Below are positions 50,287 through 60,968 of a stretch of DNA of 64,000 nt, piece by piece. The translations under genes and the position numbers were made by a program. How positions within the stretch are numbered: the stretch's first letter is position 1; each line of letters begins with the position of its first letter. The notes under the pieces were generated by a model that was not told where the DNA came from, did not search any database, and was given only the letters and a program-made list of their open reading frames with translations. Source of the DNA: Opitutales bacterium (GTDB lineage: Bacteria > Verrucomicrobiota > Verrucomicrobiia > Opitutales > JABSRG01); the NCBI GenBank assembly GCA_049599475.1, contig JBMYOQ010000007.1, positions 1-64,000 on the forward strand, read 5' to 3'.

Positions 50287-52188
50287 CTAGTTGAGGTTTT
50301 CTCCTAAAAACTCGAGCACGCGCTCGTAGTATTTGATCCGGTTTTTCATCGATGCGACACCATGTTGCTCTGCGGGAAGGTAGAGGGTTTCCGGCGTGTT
50401 TCCGGCTGATTTTAGTGCACTCGCCATGTCTCGAGTTTGTTCTACGTCGACAACGCGATCCGCCTTACCATGAGCAAGGAGAACAGGCTTGTTTATTTTG
50501 TGGGCGTTGTGCCTTGGCGAAATTGATCGGATGTAGTTTTGCTCCTCATCGGGATCTCCGAGGATTTCGACCCACTTGTCATAGGCGTAAGTCCCCTGTC
50601 TATGTTTCCAAAACGAATCCTGCCAGTTCTCAATCTGTTCTTCCATATCGAACACTCCCGCATAGGAGATGGAGCACTGGAACAAACCGGGCTCGAACAT
50701 CTGCGCGGCGACGGATGCGTAGCCTCCGAAACTGGCTCCCATGATCGCTAATCGATTACCGTCGATCCACCCTTTCTTCACGAGCTGTTGGGTGCCGTCT
50801 GCGACATCTTTCACCATGTCTTCGAAGTCACCACTATATCTGCCCGAATTCGATCTGCCGTATCCTGAGGATCCTCTAAAGTTTAGCTGAAAGACTGCGT
50901 AGCCTCTGTTTGCGAGCAATTGAACTTCCTCGTCATATCCCCATGTGTCGCGTGACCAGGGGCCCCCATGAACAAGTGCGACCATCGGATAGGGTCCTGC
51001 GCTGGGAGGACCTGGGAGCGTGAGGTAGCTTTGTAGTTGTACGCCATCGCGCATTTTCAGGCCGAGCGCGTATTGTTGATTTAAAAGAGCCTTATCGATG
51101 TCTGAATTCTTCTCTAGCTCAAAAACCAGTGCTTTTTTCGATAGATCGATCACGCGATATATGCCTGGATGCCGATCAGACATCGAGTAAATCAAAATGC
51201 GATTCTTTGATTTAGAAAAACTGGTGATGCGATTGATCGTATCGGGAAACAGTTGGTCTACGGAATTTTGTATGGCTTCCATATCGCGATCGAACCAGAC
51301 GGTAGTAGGTCGTTTCTTATGGTAGTTTAATCCTAAAACTTCACCGGTGTATGGTGATTGTACGAGATAACTCGTATCCCAAATATCGAATTCTTCATCT
51401 GACCACACTTTGGTGACTTCTTGGTTGCCCGTTAGAGAGACGGAAAATAGGGAGGCATTGTTGGCGTCGCTCTCATAGGCGTTTATCCAAAATGTTTTTG
51501 CCTAGCGATCATAGCCGAGCGTTTCATATCGGGTTCCGACATCGTTGAGCTTGTCGAATAGGTGCCACGTCCCTTTCGCTTCATCGTGGTAGTAGACATC
51601 GATTTCTCCTTCCTTGTAAATCACTGAACATGCAAGGTCGCCCTTTCCATCGGACCACCAGCTCAACTGTTTGCCGCCGATTTGATCGGCACTATCTAGT
51701 TTGCGAGTATGACCATTTTTTGCATTAAAGTTTACGGTTCTCGGGTTACCGGAGACTGTTGAGTAGAGTCGTGTGAGCAGAAGACTCTCATCGCCTGGAA
51801 GAGGCTCTAGAATACCCAGTCCATCATACTGATTAAGCATCCTTACTTTACGAGAACCTGCTTTGGCAACGAACAAGCCGCCTGCGTATTTGTTCTTTAA
51901 AAGCAGGTTGAACGCTACCAATTCGTCACTCACCCAGTGTATGGTATTTACATCATCGCTATTGCTGCCTTTTAGCTTCTGAGCATCATTTTTCTCGAGA
52001 TCCCAAATGATTGCATCGATCCGGTCTTTGGATGGGTATTTGAATGCAATGTAGTCTCCATTTGGGGACAACTCGGCCCCAGCAATTGAGTCGGGTTTGA
52101 ACAAGTCCTCTAGCTCCATGGTTTTGGCGCTGCAGTGCAACGCCGCGCAGACTCCAAAGAGGTACAATAGTTTGTTAAAAGTTCTCAT
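50287..52188 (-). pseudogene. S9 family peptidase interrupted by an in-frame TAG at 51502-51504
   Basis: Signal peptide and beta-propeller (LSPNGDYIAF) in 51502..52188; the frame continues after the TAG (AKTFWINAY...) into VHGGPW, NFRGSSGYG, GASFGG, HGKADRVV, EQHG. Confidence 0.8.
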
Positions 52189-52248
52189 AACTTTGTTTCG
52201 GGTTTTAAAGCAATACAGCTAGCTATTCGTCTGCCAAACCTTGGATTC

Positions 52249-53352
52249 TTAACCCAGGCAGCGTATTGCTGTTTCGCGCATTACGGTGTGTTGCTCTGTG
52301 GGTCGGCTGAGGATCTGCTCGAAGGCTTTGGAAAACTCTAATTGGAAGTCGATGAGCTTCTTGAGTTTGAGGCGTTCTGCGGTCTTTGCCAGCATGCCGA
52401 CATACCAGGCGTTTTGCGTGAAAATGTTAAAGCCGCTTTTGGTGTTATCCGATCCGAAAGCAGTTCCATAGCGGCGCTGAGCGGATTCCCAGGAGGATTT
52501 ATCAACACCGCCGCGTGGGCCACCGCTGAGCCGGATGGCCTTGGCGTCGAGCAGGGTGCGGATCTGGATGAGCAGGCGGTTGCGGCCTTGGAGGTTGCTG
52601 ATGAGGCCCCGGGCATCGCTAAATGTGAAGAAATGGCGATCGAGGGCTATCAGTGTTTTCTTGAGATCTAAGGTGTAGAAAGCTTCAGCCGCTTCGAAGA
52701 AATCGGTGTCTCCAAAAACGGGAACATGCTCGTGGATATGTTCTTCGCTCACAGTCCCTCCTGGGCCTACCATGGTGGCCACTTTCGCAGTCTCGTTTTC
52801 GACCACGCGGGCATTGCCGGAAACCTTGGCGATGAGAATTTCGCGCGCGTTTCCGGAGAAGGTGACTTTGGCTTCGTTTGCGATCTTCTCGATCAAAGCA
52901 TAGAGCGGCCCCAGGTTTTTGCCATCGAAAGCTAGGTGGTCGCCTTTACCCTGTTTAAAGAACCATTTGTATCCAGCTCTTCGGCGATCTACGGGGGTCG
53001 CTGAGATGAGTAGGCGAGCGCTTTCACCATCTAGAGTATCTATGGTTGACTTCAGGCGGTCCAGGAGATCTTGAGTTCCTTGGGCGCGGCCTGTTACAGA
53101 GTCGGCAAAAAAGTTAGCGTTGCGGATCCAGACAAGTTTTGCGCCTCCGAAAAGGGACATTGCTTGTAGGCTTCCGACCGCTTGAGATATGACGCTGTCG
53201 ACGTCGCTCACGTTGTTCGCGCGTCCGTCGATGATCTCAATAGAGTATTCATCGGCACCCGTCTCGGCGATCCAGGTATCCCATGTCTCCTTCGCTCGCT
53301 GCGTGAGCAAGTAGTCATCATCGCCGGAATAAAACTGGAATCCATTCGCCAT
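52249..53352 (-). CDS. holA: DNA polymerase III subunit delta
   Basis: FYSGDDDYL, MSLFGGAKLVWIRN, VDRRR, ILIAKVSGNARVVENETAK. Confidence 0.8.
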   Translation of the reverse strand: MANGFQFYSGDDDYLLTQRAKETWDTWIAETGADEYSIEIIDGRANNVSDVDSVISQAVGSLQAMSLFGGAKLVWIRNANFFADSVTGRAQGTQDLLDRLKSTIDTLDGESARLLISATPVDRRRAGYKWFFKQGKGDHLAFDGKNLGPLYALIEKIANEAKVTFSGNAREILIAKVSGNARVVENETAKVATMVGPGGTVSEEHIHEHVPVFGDTDFFEAAEAFYTLDLKKTLIALDRHFFTFSDARGLISNLQGRNRLLIQIRTLLDAKAIRLSGGPRGGVDKSSWESAQRRYGTAFGSDNTKSGFNIFTQNAWYVGMLAKTAERLKLKKLIDFQLEFSKAFEQILSRPTEQHTVMRETAIRCLG

Positions 53353-53426
53353 TAGATCCAGAAGGCTGTGGATCGCTGAGTCGCCGATCAAGGATTAAGG
53401 GGCCGAATGCCGCGAAAACGCTTTTT

Positions 53427-53452
53427 CCACCGTTCGGAGAACCGCGGCTACC
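53427..53452 (-). repeat. GTAG-type REP element
   Basis: Reverse complement GGTAGCCGCGGTTCTCCGAACGGTGG resembles the 29397 and 29484 copies. Confidence 0.55.
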
Positions 53453-53552
53453 CTTATTTTGCTCTGATAGTATCCATATTCGAGCGTCCGTGCTTTTGCT
53501 CCGGCAATTACGGACATAGCTTCCGTTACGCGATCCGTGGACTCCAACAACC

Positions 53553-54611
53553 CTACGAATTGGGTTCTTCTTCTGGAGCTTCGGGCTCGGGCTTTACCAC
53601 AAATTGTTCGAGGCTCTCGGGGAGTTGCTCGAAGTTGAAACTGGTGATTTCCAGAGCGTATTTTGCGAAGATGTCTGTCCAGAGAGGTGATGCTTTGGTT
53701 TGCTCGACGATGAGGTAGGGGGTGCCGGCAGGGATGTCCTCTTGAGGATCCTCGGCTGATTCCTCCGAAGCGTCCGCTTCGTTTTCCTCTTTTTCGGGTG
53801 CTTTTACTTCGGGGCGACGGCCGAATTTGAAGGTGAAGCTTTCGCCGGATTCAAGGGTGACGGAGTAGGTCATCGCGTGTTCCATAGCCTCGGCCACTTC
53901 TGCGTTTCCTATGGGGGCGAGATCCTGGAAGCGGAGATTCGTTAGGCGGCTAAAGGCGGTTTTCAACTCGGTTTGCTCCAGTGCCGATTCAGATCCAGCA
54001 ATAGAGAAATCGGTCTCTGCATTTTCCCTTTCGAATGTGTAGTCTGAATTTGAAATAGCGGTGACGGAATCCCATTCGAAATCCCAGGCGGTGCTCACGG
54101 ACCAGTCTTCGGGATCTGTTTGGATGAAGGGTTTTTCCTCTGCGAGCACTACTTTGCTGCTTCGATCCACTCGAGTGAAGTAGCCTTGAGTGTTGCCTTC
54201 TTTGCCGAAGGAAATGTCGGCGAGCGTTTCTTCTCCCTTTTGGAAGACGACTCGGGTTTTGCCGATGTTGAGCGTTTGGATTCGGTCGGGATTGTCCGTG
54301 ACCGCGCGAATGATTTTAGAGTCTGCAAGCTCGTTCACCAAATCGCTGATCTTGCTGAAATCTGCAGGGAGGCCATAGCGGCCGGGGACGGTCCAATCAT
54401 CGCCACTTTTGGTGATCTCCACAGAAGGGCTGTCTGATTGGTCTTCGAATACTTGAATCGTGTTGGCCTCGGCTATCGTCTGTGTGTCGAGCAGGCCTTC
54501 TCCAACGAGCTCAGATTGGATCGGGCCACCTTTGGACGCTTGGGCGATCCAGAGAATACCTGCGATCACGGCGAGCACTGCGGTTAGTATGCTGATGTTT
54601 TTCAGGTTCAT
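53553..54611 (-). CDS. DUF4340-like membrane-anchored protein
   Basis: N-terminal TM; W.V...YGLPADFSKI; last gene of a GldA/F/G-like operon. Confidence 0.7.
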   Translation of the reverse strand: MNLKNISILTAVLAVIAGILWIAQASKGGPIQSELVGEGLLDTQTIAEANTIQVFEDQSDSPSVEITKSGDDWTVPGRYGLPADFSKISDLVNELADSKIIRAVTDNPDRIQTLNIGKTRVVFQKGEETLADISFGKEGNTQGYFTRVDRSSKVVLAEEKPFIQTDPEDWSVSTAWDFEWDSVTAISNSDYTFERENAETDFSIAGSESALEQTELKTAFSRLTNLRFQDLAPIGNAEVAEAMEHAMTYSVTLESGESFTFKFGRRPEVKAPEKEENEADASEESAEDPQEDIPAGTPYLIVEQTKASPLWTDIFAKYALEITSFNFEQLPESLEQFVVKPEPEAPEEEPNS

Positions 54612-54644
54612 TTTCCGAAATTGGGTAAAGTGTGTAAGTGGGGT

Positions 54645-56540
54645 TTAACTTTCGCGCTTTCCGCGACGTCCGAAGTAGAATGCGCCTAGGGCGAGCACGA
54701 TGACGGGGCCTGCCACCAGGTTTATCGATGCGAGGGTAATCTCGAGGGCTTCGATATCCTCGCGCATGGTTTTGCGGATCTCACGCAGGTTGCTGCGGAG
54801 GTTGGCTTCGTCATTGCGCAGATTTTCTATGGCTTCGAGGACTTCGGGAGTTGCGATTAACAGGCGTTGATCTGCCTGCTGAGATTGTAGCTGCTGGAGC
54901 TGTTGCGTGGTCTCGCGCATCTTGTTTTCAATCTCTTCGGCGGCCGCCTGAAATTTCTCCTGTGCCGCGAGTTCCATTTCCTCAACGCGGGTAAACGTGC
55001 GGAAATTGCTCCCCTTACCTCGAATGCCCATGAGCTGATTGCCTCCGGCGAGGTAGTCGACGATGTTGGAGAAGAACGCCAAGTTGTCATTCATCGGTTG
55101 GTAGGTCTCCATGCCGGGAAGGAAGCTCACGCGCTGGGCGACAAACTGGTCGAAGATCAAGTCCGAGTCACTGAGTACAAAGATCTGCGCATTCTCGGTC
55201 GATTGCACGAAATCCATATCTACCAAGGGCTCGATGGTGAATTGCGTGAGGTCTTCGTCGCCAGTCTCTTCTTCCGGTTTACCTTCAGGAAATGCGGATT
55301 TGAGTGACCCCGAAAACCGTGCGGCGACGACGCGTTGCTCACCATCGGTAAGAATCTGACGCGGCAGTTGCGATGGTTGCACGAACTGTAGGGCGTTGGC
55401 CATCATTTGACCCGAGCGTTCGGAAGTCTTTAGCAGAGCTTCCATTTCGAGGGTAGATTCGGAATTGAGCCCAAGGCTTCCAGCCTCAAAGACCCAGATG
55501 TCCTGAAGCTGTGCCATGATGGGCGATTCGGAGTCTATATCGTTGATCGAAATAAAAGTCGGATTGCGGAATGGGAGACCATTGGCACCTGCACCTGTTT
55601 CCAAACCGTTGACGAGATCTCCGACAACATCGGAGCTCGAGAAATCAATTCCGTAGGCCTCAGTAAGTGCGTCCAGATTACTTGGACTGATCCCAGGAGG
55701 GCCGGCCATTGGATTGCTGGGCTGTTGGCTGAGGCGTTGATATGTGGACGAAGGATCGATCGCGAAGAGGGCAGGGCGACCGTTCATGATGTATTGGTCA
55801 ATAGCGTAAAGGGCGGCTTCTCCCAAAGGCGACGGGTGTATCACTGCCAATACATCGATGTCGTTAGGAATTTCGGTGAGAGATGCTTCCAAGAATTCCA
55901 GGTCGTAGGTGCGCTGAAGCTCTTGAACGATGAGCCATGGTTCGCTGCCTTGCTGGGGCATTCCCATCATTGCTGGCATTTGTGGGGTGCCTTCCATTTC
56001 GCTGAGGCTGGTCAGAATCCCGAGTTTCGGCTTCAGCAGGCGTGTAGACTCGTAGATGATTCGAGAGATATCGTACTCTAGGTAGCTCTCACGCTGCGGC
56101 TGGAAGAAGGGAATGGTGGCCTCTTGGTCTGCCTGAAAGACATGCAGGCCGAGCATGATATTGTCGCCACTGGGCAAAGTCTGGCGATTGAGTCCAATGC
56201 GAATCGCAGCTTCCTCCTCTTCGGTGTCAGGGCGTGGGTCGATCGACTCAAACTCTACCATGGCTCCCCCGATGCGGGCGTATTGACCTAGCAAAGCCTT
56301 CACGCGCTCGGCGAAGTTTTGAAACGATACCGGCAGTCCCTCGGATGACTCCGTGTAATAAAGGCGGATGTAAACAGGTTCTTCCAATTCCTCGAGCAGG
56401 GCACGTGAGCCCTCCGAGAGCGTATATTGATTTTCCGATGTAAGATCCCATTGGCCAGGAATCATCCGGCCAATCCAGTTGAGCAGGACGAAGCAAACGA
56501 GCAACAGTCCCATAAGAATCCATTTTTGTGACTTATTCAT
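54645..56540 (-). CDS. GldG-like ABC transporter auxiliary component
   Basis: WDLTSENQYTLSEGS, EYDISRII, IDQYIMNG, DNLAFFSNIVDYLAG, C-terminal TM. Confidence 0.88.
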   Translation of the reverse strand: MNKSQKWILMGLLLVCFVLLNWIGRMIPGQWDLTSENQYTLSEGSRALLEELEEPVYIRLYYTESSEGLPVSFQNFAERVKALLGQYARIGGAMVEFESIDPRPDTEEEEAAIRIGLNRQTLPSGDNIMLGLHVFQADQEATIPFFQPQRESYLEYDISRIIYESTRLLKPKLGILTSLSEMEGTPQMPAMMGMPQQGSEPWLIVQELQRTYDLEFLEASLTEIPNDIDVLAVIHPSPLGEAALYAIDQYIMNGRPALFAIDPSSTYQRLSQQPSNPMAGPPGISPSNLDALTEAYGIDFSSSDVVGDLVNGLETGAGANGLPFRNPTFISINDIDSESPIMAQLQDIWVFEAGSLGLNSESTLEMEALLKTSERSGQMMANALQFVQPSQLPRQILTDGEQRVVAARFSGSLKSAFPEGKPEEETGDEDLTQFTIEPLVDMDFVQSTENAQIFVLSDSDLIFDQFVAQRVSFLPGMETYQPMNDNLAFFSNIVDYLAGGNQLMGIRGKGSNFRTFTRVEEMELAAQEKFQAAAEEIENKMRETTQQLQQLQSQQADQRLLIATPEVLEAIENLRNDEANLRSNLREIRKTMREDIEALEITLASINLVAGPVIVLALGAFYFGRRGKRES

Positions 56541-56559
56541 TTCTTAGGATAGATGGGTG

Positions 56560-57285
56560 TTAGCGTTCGAGAACCAAGATGTTGATGGACAGACACAGAA
56601 AGGTGACTGCTGCGAAGAAGCAGATACTGCCGGCAGTGATGAGACCCGAGGCCATAAGGTCGAAGTGGTAGGTCACGCTCAGGCTGGAAATCAGTCCGAC
56701 GATTTCGGCGGGCACTTGTAGGTTTTCCAAAAGGGAATTGAAGGGGCCAAAGCCTAGGAGGACCAAAACCAGGCAGATGATAACACTCAGGACGAAGGCA
56801 ATGACCTGGTTTCGCGTGAGCGAAGAGGCGAGGGAACAGATGCTCAAGAAAGCAGCCGCAGTGAATGCCGCGCCTAGGTATCCGCTAAACATCGGGCCTA
56901 AATCTGGAGAACCGAGATAAAAGACGGTCGCCGGGACGGTGAGTGTGAGTGCTAGATTGATCCCAACGAATGCCCACGCTGCCAGGAATTTGCCGATCAC
57001 GGCTTCGGATGGACTGATCGGGCTGGTAAACAGGATTTCCCAGGTCCCTGATCGAATCTCTTCAGACCAGAGGCGCATACCGACCGCGGGGATCTTGAAC
57101 ATGAAGACCCAGGGTAGGAAGGTGAAAAAGATCTCGAGCGAGGCTTGATTCGCGTCGAAAAAACGGCCGATGAACCAGGGCAGGCCCACTGCCGACAAGA
57201 TAAACGCGGCCATGAATACGTAGGCCACTGGCGTGCGGAAATAGCCCATGAATTCACGCCAAAAGATTGCAGAAACTCCGTTCAT
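56560..57285 (-). CDS. ABC-2 permease, GldF-like
   Basis: REFMGYFRTPVAY, PAVGMRLWSEE..SGTWE, GKFLAAW, SSLTRNQVIAF. Confidence 0.9.
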   Translation of the reverse strand: MNGVSAIFWREFMGYFRTPVAYVFMAAFILSAVGLPWFIGRFFDANQASLEIFFTFLPWVFMFKIPAVGMRLWSEEIRSGTWEILFTSPISPSEAVIGKFLAAWAFVGINLALTLTVPATVFYLGSPDLGPMFSGYLGAAFTAAAFLSICSLASSLTRNQVIAFVLSVIICLVLVLLGFGPFNSLLENLQVPAEIVGLISSLSVTYHFDLMASGLITAGSICFFAAVTFLCLSINILVLER

Positions 57286-57315
57286 AATCGTGAAAAGGTT
57301 TTATATGATTGGCAC

Positions 57316-58245
57316 CTACGCGGCGTCTTTTTGGGTCATGCTACGGAAAACATCCTCAAGCCTTGGGCGTGCGAGTTCGACGCGCTCGAGCTGGATCTTC
57401 TTTTCCGTCACGGTCGAAAGCACTTTGCTCTGGATATCCTGACCATCTGCGGGTGAAAGCACGAGAAGCTGTTTCTTGGGGCGGCGGACTTTCTTGATCC
57501 AATTCACGCCCTGAATCGCAGTTTCAAAGGCTTTAAGGGACTCCTCACTGCCCTGAAGGGTAAGCTCGTTATACTGCGGGTGCTTCTTGAGAAGGTCTGC
57601 CGGAGTGGCATCTACCTTTACCGTTCCTCGGTCGATAATGATCACGCGATTACACATCGCGGAAACCTCTTCGAGAATATGCGTTGAAAGGATGATGGCC
57701 TTGTCTTTAGCCATTCCCGAAATCAACTTGCGCACCTCGTCTTTTTGGTTCGGGTCGAGGCCATCGGTGGGCTCATCAAGGATGAGACAGGGTGGATTGT
57801 GCAAGATAGCCTGTGCCAGCCCGACACGTTGGCGGTAGCCCTTACTTAAGGTATCTAGAGTTTGATAGACGAATCCATGCAGGTGGCAGGTCTCAATAGC
57901 CTCTTCGACTTTACTGGATTTCTGAGCCCCCGAAAGGCCACGCATATCTGCGGTAAAATTCAGAAACTCTGAAACGGTCATCTCTGGATAGAGAGGTCCG
58001 GTCTCCGGTAGGTAGCCAAGCTGACTCTTGGCGGATTTCGCTTCGGTCGCGACATTCTTCCCAGCGATGAACGCTTTGCCGGAAGTTGGGCGAAGGAAAC
58101 CGGTGAGCATTTTCATAGTGGTCGACTTCCCGGCGCCGTTGGGGCCGAGGAATCCGAGAATGTCACCTGGGTTTACTTCGAAGCTTACTTGGTTCACTGC
58201 GCGAAAGGCGCCGTAATCTTTGGTAAGGTTTTCTGCTCTTATCAT
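57316..58245 (-). CDS. ABC transporter ATP-binding protein, GldA-like
   Basis: GPNGAGKST, LSKGYRQRVGLAQA, LDEPTDGLDPNQ, STHIL. Confidence 0.93.
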   Translation of the reverse strand: MIRAENLTKDYGAFRAVNQVSFEVNPGDILGFLGPNGAGKSTTMKMLTGFLRPTSGKAFIAGKNVATEAKSAKSQLGYLPETGPLYPEMTVSEFLNFTADMRGLSGAQKSSKVEEAIETCHLHGFVYQTLDTLSKGYRQRVGLAQAILHNPPCLILDEPTDGLDPNQKDEVRKLISGMAKDKAIILSTHILEEVSAMCNRVIIIDRGTVKVDATPADLLKKHPQYNELTLQGSEESLKAFETAIQGVNWIKKVRRPKKQLLVLSPADGQDIQSKVLSTVTEKKIQLERVELARPRLEDVFRSMTQKDAA

Positions 58246-58587
58246 TGGGTATGTAGGGTCACTGAAACGTGGTATTGGACAGATGAAAATTTTCCTGTTC
58301 CGAAAAAAATCAACATTTTCTGTACGTTTTTTATCACCGAACAGACCGTTAGGGATTTTTCTGATTCTTTTTGCGAGTTGAGGCCAGTCGAAAACGAAGC
58401 CTCTTTTCGAAAGTCGCTGTTAGTAATCTATTTACGCGTTTCAGTAACGCTGAATCCCAGTGATAATGGTTTCTTAATACCTGATAATTAGGTGTTTATG
58501 ACAAATTTTTTAAGATTTAATGTTGTGCTTTCTTAAATTTTTTTTACGTTAGAGACAATCAAGCACAACCTCTGCTTTTTGCGAGTT

Positions 58588-58833
58588 ATGGGAAAACACT
58601 TTAGCGAATTAAACGAAAAGATTAAAGCACTCCGTGGAATCAGCATGATCCAACGGACCTGGGCTGATGTAGCCTACATGATGAGTGAGGAAGATCGCTC
58701 ACGCTACCTACTGATGCTAGACACCGCTAAGTTTTTCATGATGCGCAACAACTTTGTCCGTGTGAACCGCGAGTATCGCGTGATCCACAACTTTCTCCAG
58801 ACCGTGCAGTCACGCGGTAAGGATACTGTATAA
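58588..58833 (+). CDS. Small hypothetical protein
   Basis: 81-aa ORF from ATG 58588, after an AT-rich intergenic region and filling the gap before lipB. Confidence 0.55.
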   Translation: MGKHFSELNEKIKALRGISMIQRTWADVAYMMSEEDRSRYLLMLDTAKFFMMRNNFVRVNREYRVIHNFLQTVQSRGKDTV

Positions 58834-58835
58834 CT

Positions 58836-59516
58836 TTATCTCCAACTCTTCTCTCCCTCCAAAGCTCGCCTGAGTCCACTGAAGTGGCAGGCGAGCTTTA
58901 CTTTTGCCTCATTCAGAGTGGGAGCCTGGTCCATTTCTTTGGCCAAAGAGGTGACGGTGCCGTCGGTAATCCCGCAAGGCACGATGCCCGAAAAGTGGCC
59001 TAGGTTGGGATTCACGTTCAATGCGAAGCCGTGGTAGGTGATCCAGCTCTTCACGGCGACACCGATCGCGGCGACTTTGCGCTCACCAAACCAGATGCCT
59101 GTTTTGCCTTCGCGGCGCGTCCCCGATAGGCTAAAATCTGAAAGTGTCTGGATTAACAGGTCTTCAATGGCCCGCAGGACTGCATGAAGATCCCCTCGAG
59201 CTCGTGCATCGCAGATAACATACCCGACAATCTGTCCTGGCCCGTGGTAGGTGACATCTCCTCCGCGATTCGACTTGATGAGCTCAATTCCGTGCTGCTT
59301 GCGCGTGCTCTCATCCCAGATCAGATGCTGCTCAGCACCTTTCCGGGCTCCGAGCGTATACGTTGCAGGATGCTCGAGCAGAGCTAGGGTGTCTGGGCGT
59401 TTTCCCGCTTTGCGTTCCTCGACATATTGAAGCTGTCGAGACAAAGCTTCCGAGTAGTCCACGGTTCCCCAATCTTCGACAATCCACTCGTCTTTGAGCT
59501 GCTCAATTGTATCCAC
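58836..59516 (-). CDS. lipB: Lipoyl(octanoyl) transferase
   Basis: LEHPATYTLG, RGGDVTYHGPGQ, KVAAIG, HGFALN, IVPCG. Confidence 0.95.
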   Translation of the reverse strand: MDTIEQLKDEWIVEDWGTVDYSEALSRQLQYVEERKAGKRPDTLALLEHPATYTLGARKGAEQHLIWDESTRKQHGIELIKSNRGGDVTYHGPGQIVGYVICDARARGDLHAVLRAIEDLLIQTLSDFSLSGTRREGKTGIWFGERKVAAIGVAVKSWITYHGFALNVNPNLGHFSGIVPCGITDGTVTSLAKEMDQAPTLNEAKVKLACHFSGLRRALEGEKSWR

Positions 59517-59602
59517 GGCTAAAGTGTCACCATGTCTCGCCGTGTTTCAAACATGAAACGAGGGCTTGTCCTTCATCAAACGCTACTACAAATTCCGCCG
59601 CG

Positions 59603-60889
59603 ATGCGTGTTCTGCTGACTTCCCATGGCTCCACTGGAGATATTTACCCTGTTATTAGACTGGGACGCGCTCTGGTCGACGCGGGCCACGAGGTAAAGTT
59701 TGCCACGGTTACGCTGTTTAAGGAGGAAATCGAGGCTGCCGGAGTCGAATACGTATATCTGCCCCCAGATTGGGACCAGTCGGGATTTGCCGAGGCGATG
59801 CGCGATCTGGCTCAGGTGAAAGATAACCTCCAACTGTTAAAATCAATTTACGGGGAAGCAGTTCCCTATCTTCAAGAGATCATAACGAATCTCACTGAGC
59901 ACATGCCGTGGTGTGATTTGATGGTGTCCAGCTACGTCTTTTCGCCGCTCAAATCTCTGGCTGATAAATTTCATAAGCCTTTTGCTACGCAGCTGTTTGT
60001 GCATGATTTTATCCCCTCCCGGCGCGTTACTCCGCACCCCATTTGGGGGCTACGAGGTTGGCCGCGGGGAGTGCAGGATGCCTGGAATGCGATGTGGTGG
60101 CGTATCATCGACCGGGTACTCGTGAGTGCGATTCATGAGGTGTTGGGCACTGAGCTCAAGGCCGCGGGTCTAAAACTACCTGAGAGTTTTCTGCAACATC
60201 CGGCAAATTTGAGCCTTGTGACACTCTCCGGTGATCTCTTTCGCCCAGAATTTGAGGAGCATCCGGATCAGTTCCAGTATTCCGGCTACCTGCGCTGGCA
60301 GGCGAAGGAAGATCCCGAGTTGGATAAGGAAGTCGAAGCCTTCACTGAGGGCGAGCCCGTCCCGATTTTAACATTTGGTTCGGTGACTTTCGAAAAACAG
60401 CGCCGCGTGATGTCGCGCTTCATGAAGCATTGGCCCAAAGGCAAAAAGATTATCGTCCAGGAGGGCTGGGCGGGGCTGACTGTTGCTCGACCTCGACCCG
60501 AAATCAAAGTCGTCGGCAAGGTGTCGCACGACCAGTTGTTTAAGCACGCCTCAGTGATCATCCACCACGGAGGATCGGGGACGACGGGAACCGCCTTTCA
60601 CGCCGGGAAGCCACAGATCGTGATTCCGCATTTCGGCGATCAATACTTCTTTGGAGATGAGGTAGAACGCCTCGGCTGCGGTTATCATTTGAAGCGCCGC
60701 CGCTGGCCAGAAAATCTACCGAGCGTAATCCGTAAAATTCACCGGCATACCCGGTTTGCCGATCGAGCTAAAGAAGTCGCCGACATCTTGGCCAAGGAAG
60801 ATGGACCCGGAAATGCCGCTAAGATTCTCGAAAAATACGCCGAAGAAGAGCAGGAGCGGATCGACGAAGCGGTCGGGGAGGAAAGGTAG
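59603..60889 (+). CDS. GT-B fold glycosyltransferase (family 1/28-like)
   Basis: GSTGDIYP, TFGS, IHHGGSGTT, PHFGDQ. Confidence 0.9.
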   Translation: MRVLLTSHGSTGDIYPVIRLGRALVDAGHEVKFATVTLFKEEIEAAGVEYVYLPPDWDQSGFAEAMRDLAQVKDNLQLLKSIYGEAVPYLQEIITNLTEHMPWCDLMVSSYVFSPLKSLADKFHKPFATQLFVHDFIPSRRVTPHPIWGLRGWPRGVQDAWNAMWWRIIDRVLVSAIHEVLGTELKAAGLKLPESFLQHPANLSLVTLSGDLFRPEFEEHPDQFQYSGYLRWQAKEDPELDKEVEAFTEGEPVPILTFGSVTFEKQRRVMSRFMKHWPKGKKIIVQEGWAGLTVARPRPEIKVVGKVSHDQLFKHASVIIHHGGSGTTGTAFHAGKPQIVIPHFGDQYFFGDEVERLGCGYHLKRRRWPENLPSVIRKIHRHTRFADRAKEVADILAKEDGPGNAAKILEKYAEEEQERIDEAVGEER

Positions 60890-60962
60890 TGAAGGATGAA
60901 GGATGAGGGATGAAGGATGAAATTTTAGCGCGTCAGCCTTTCATCCTTCATCCCTCATCCTT
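60890..60962. repeat. Inverted heptamer tandem repeat hairpin
   Basis: (GAAGGAT)2-GAGGGAT-GAAGGAT-GAAA ... TTTCATCCTTCATCCCTCATCCTT between convergent genes. Confidence 0.8.
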
Positions 60963-60968
60963 TAAAAA

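Noticed and set aside
51502..51504. TAG as pyrrolysine or genome-wide recoding
   Set aside because: TAG ends many intact genes here (e.g. xerC, lpxA, rpsO) and no pyl genes are seen
53553..58245. GldA/F/G-like operon as evidence of gliding motility
   Set aside because: This ABC module with DUF4340 is widespread in non-gliding bacteria; no T9SS/Gld motor genes are in the window
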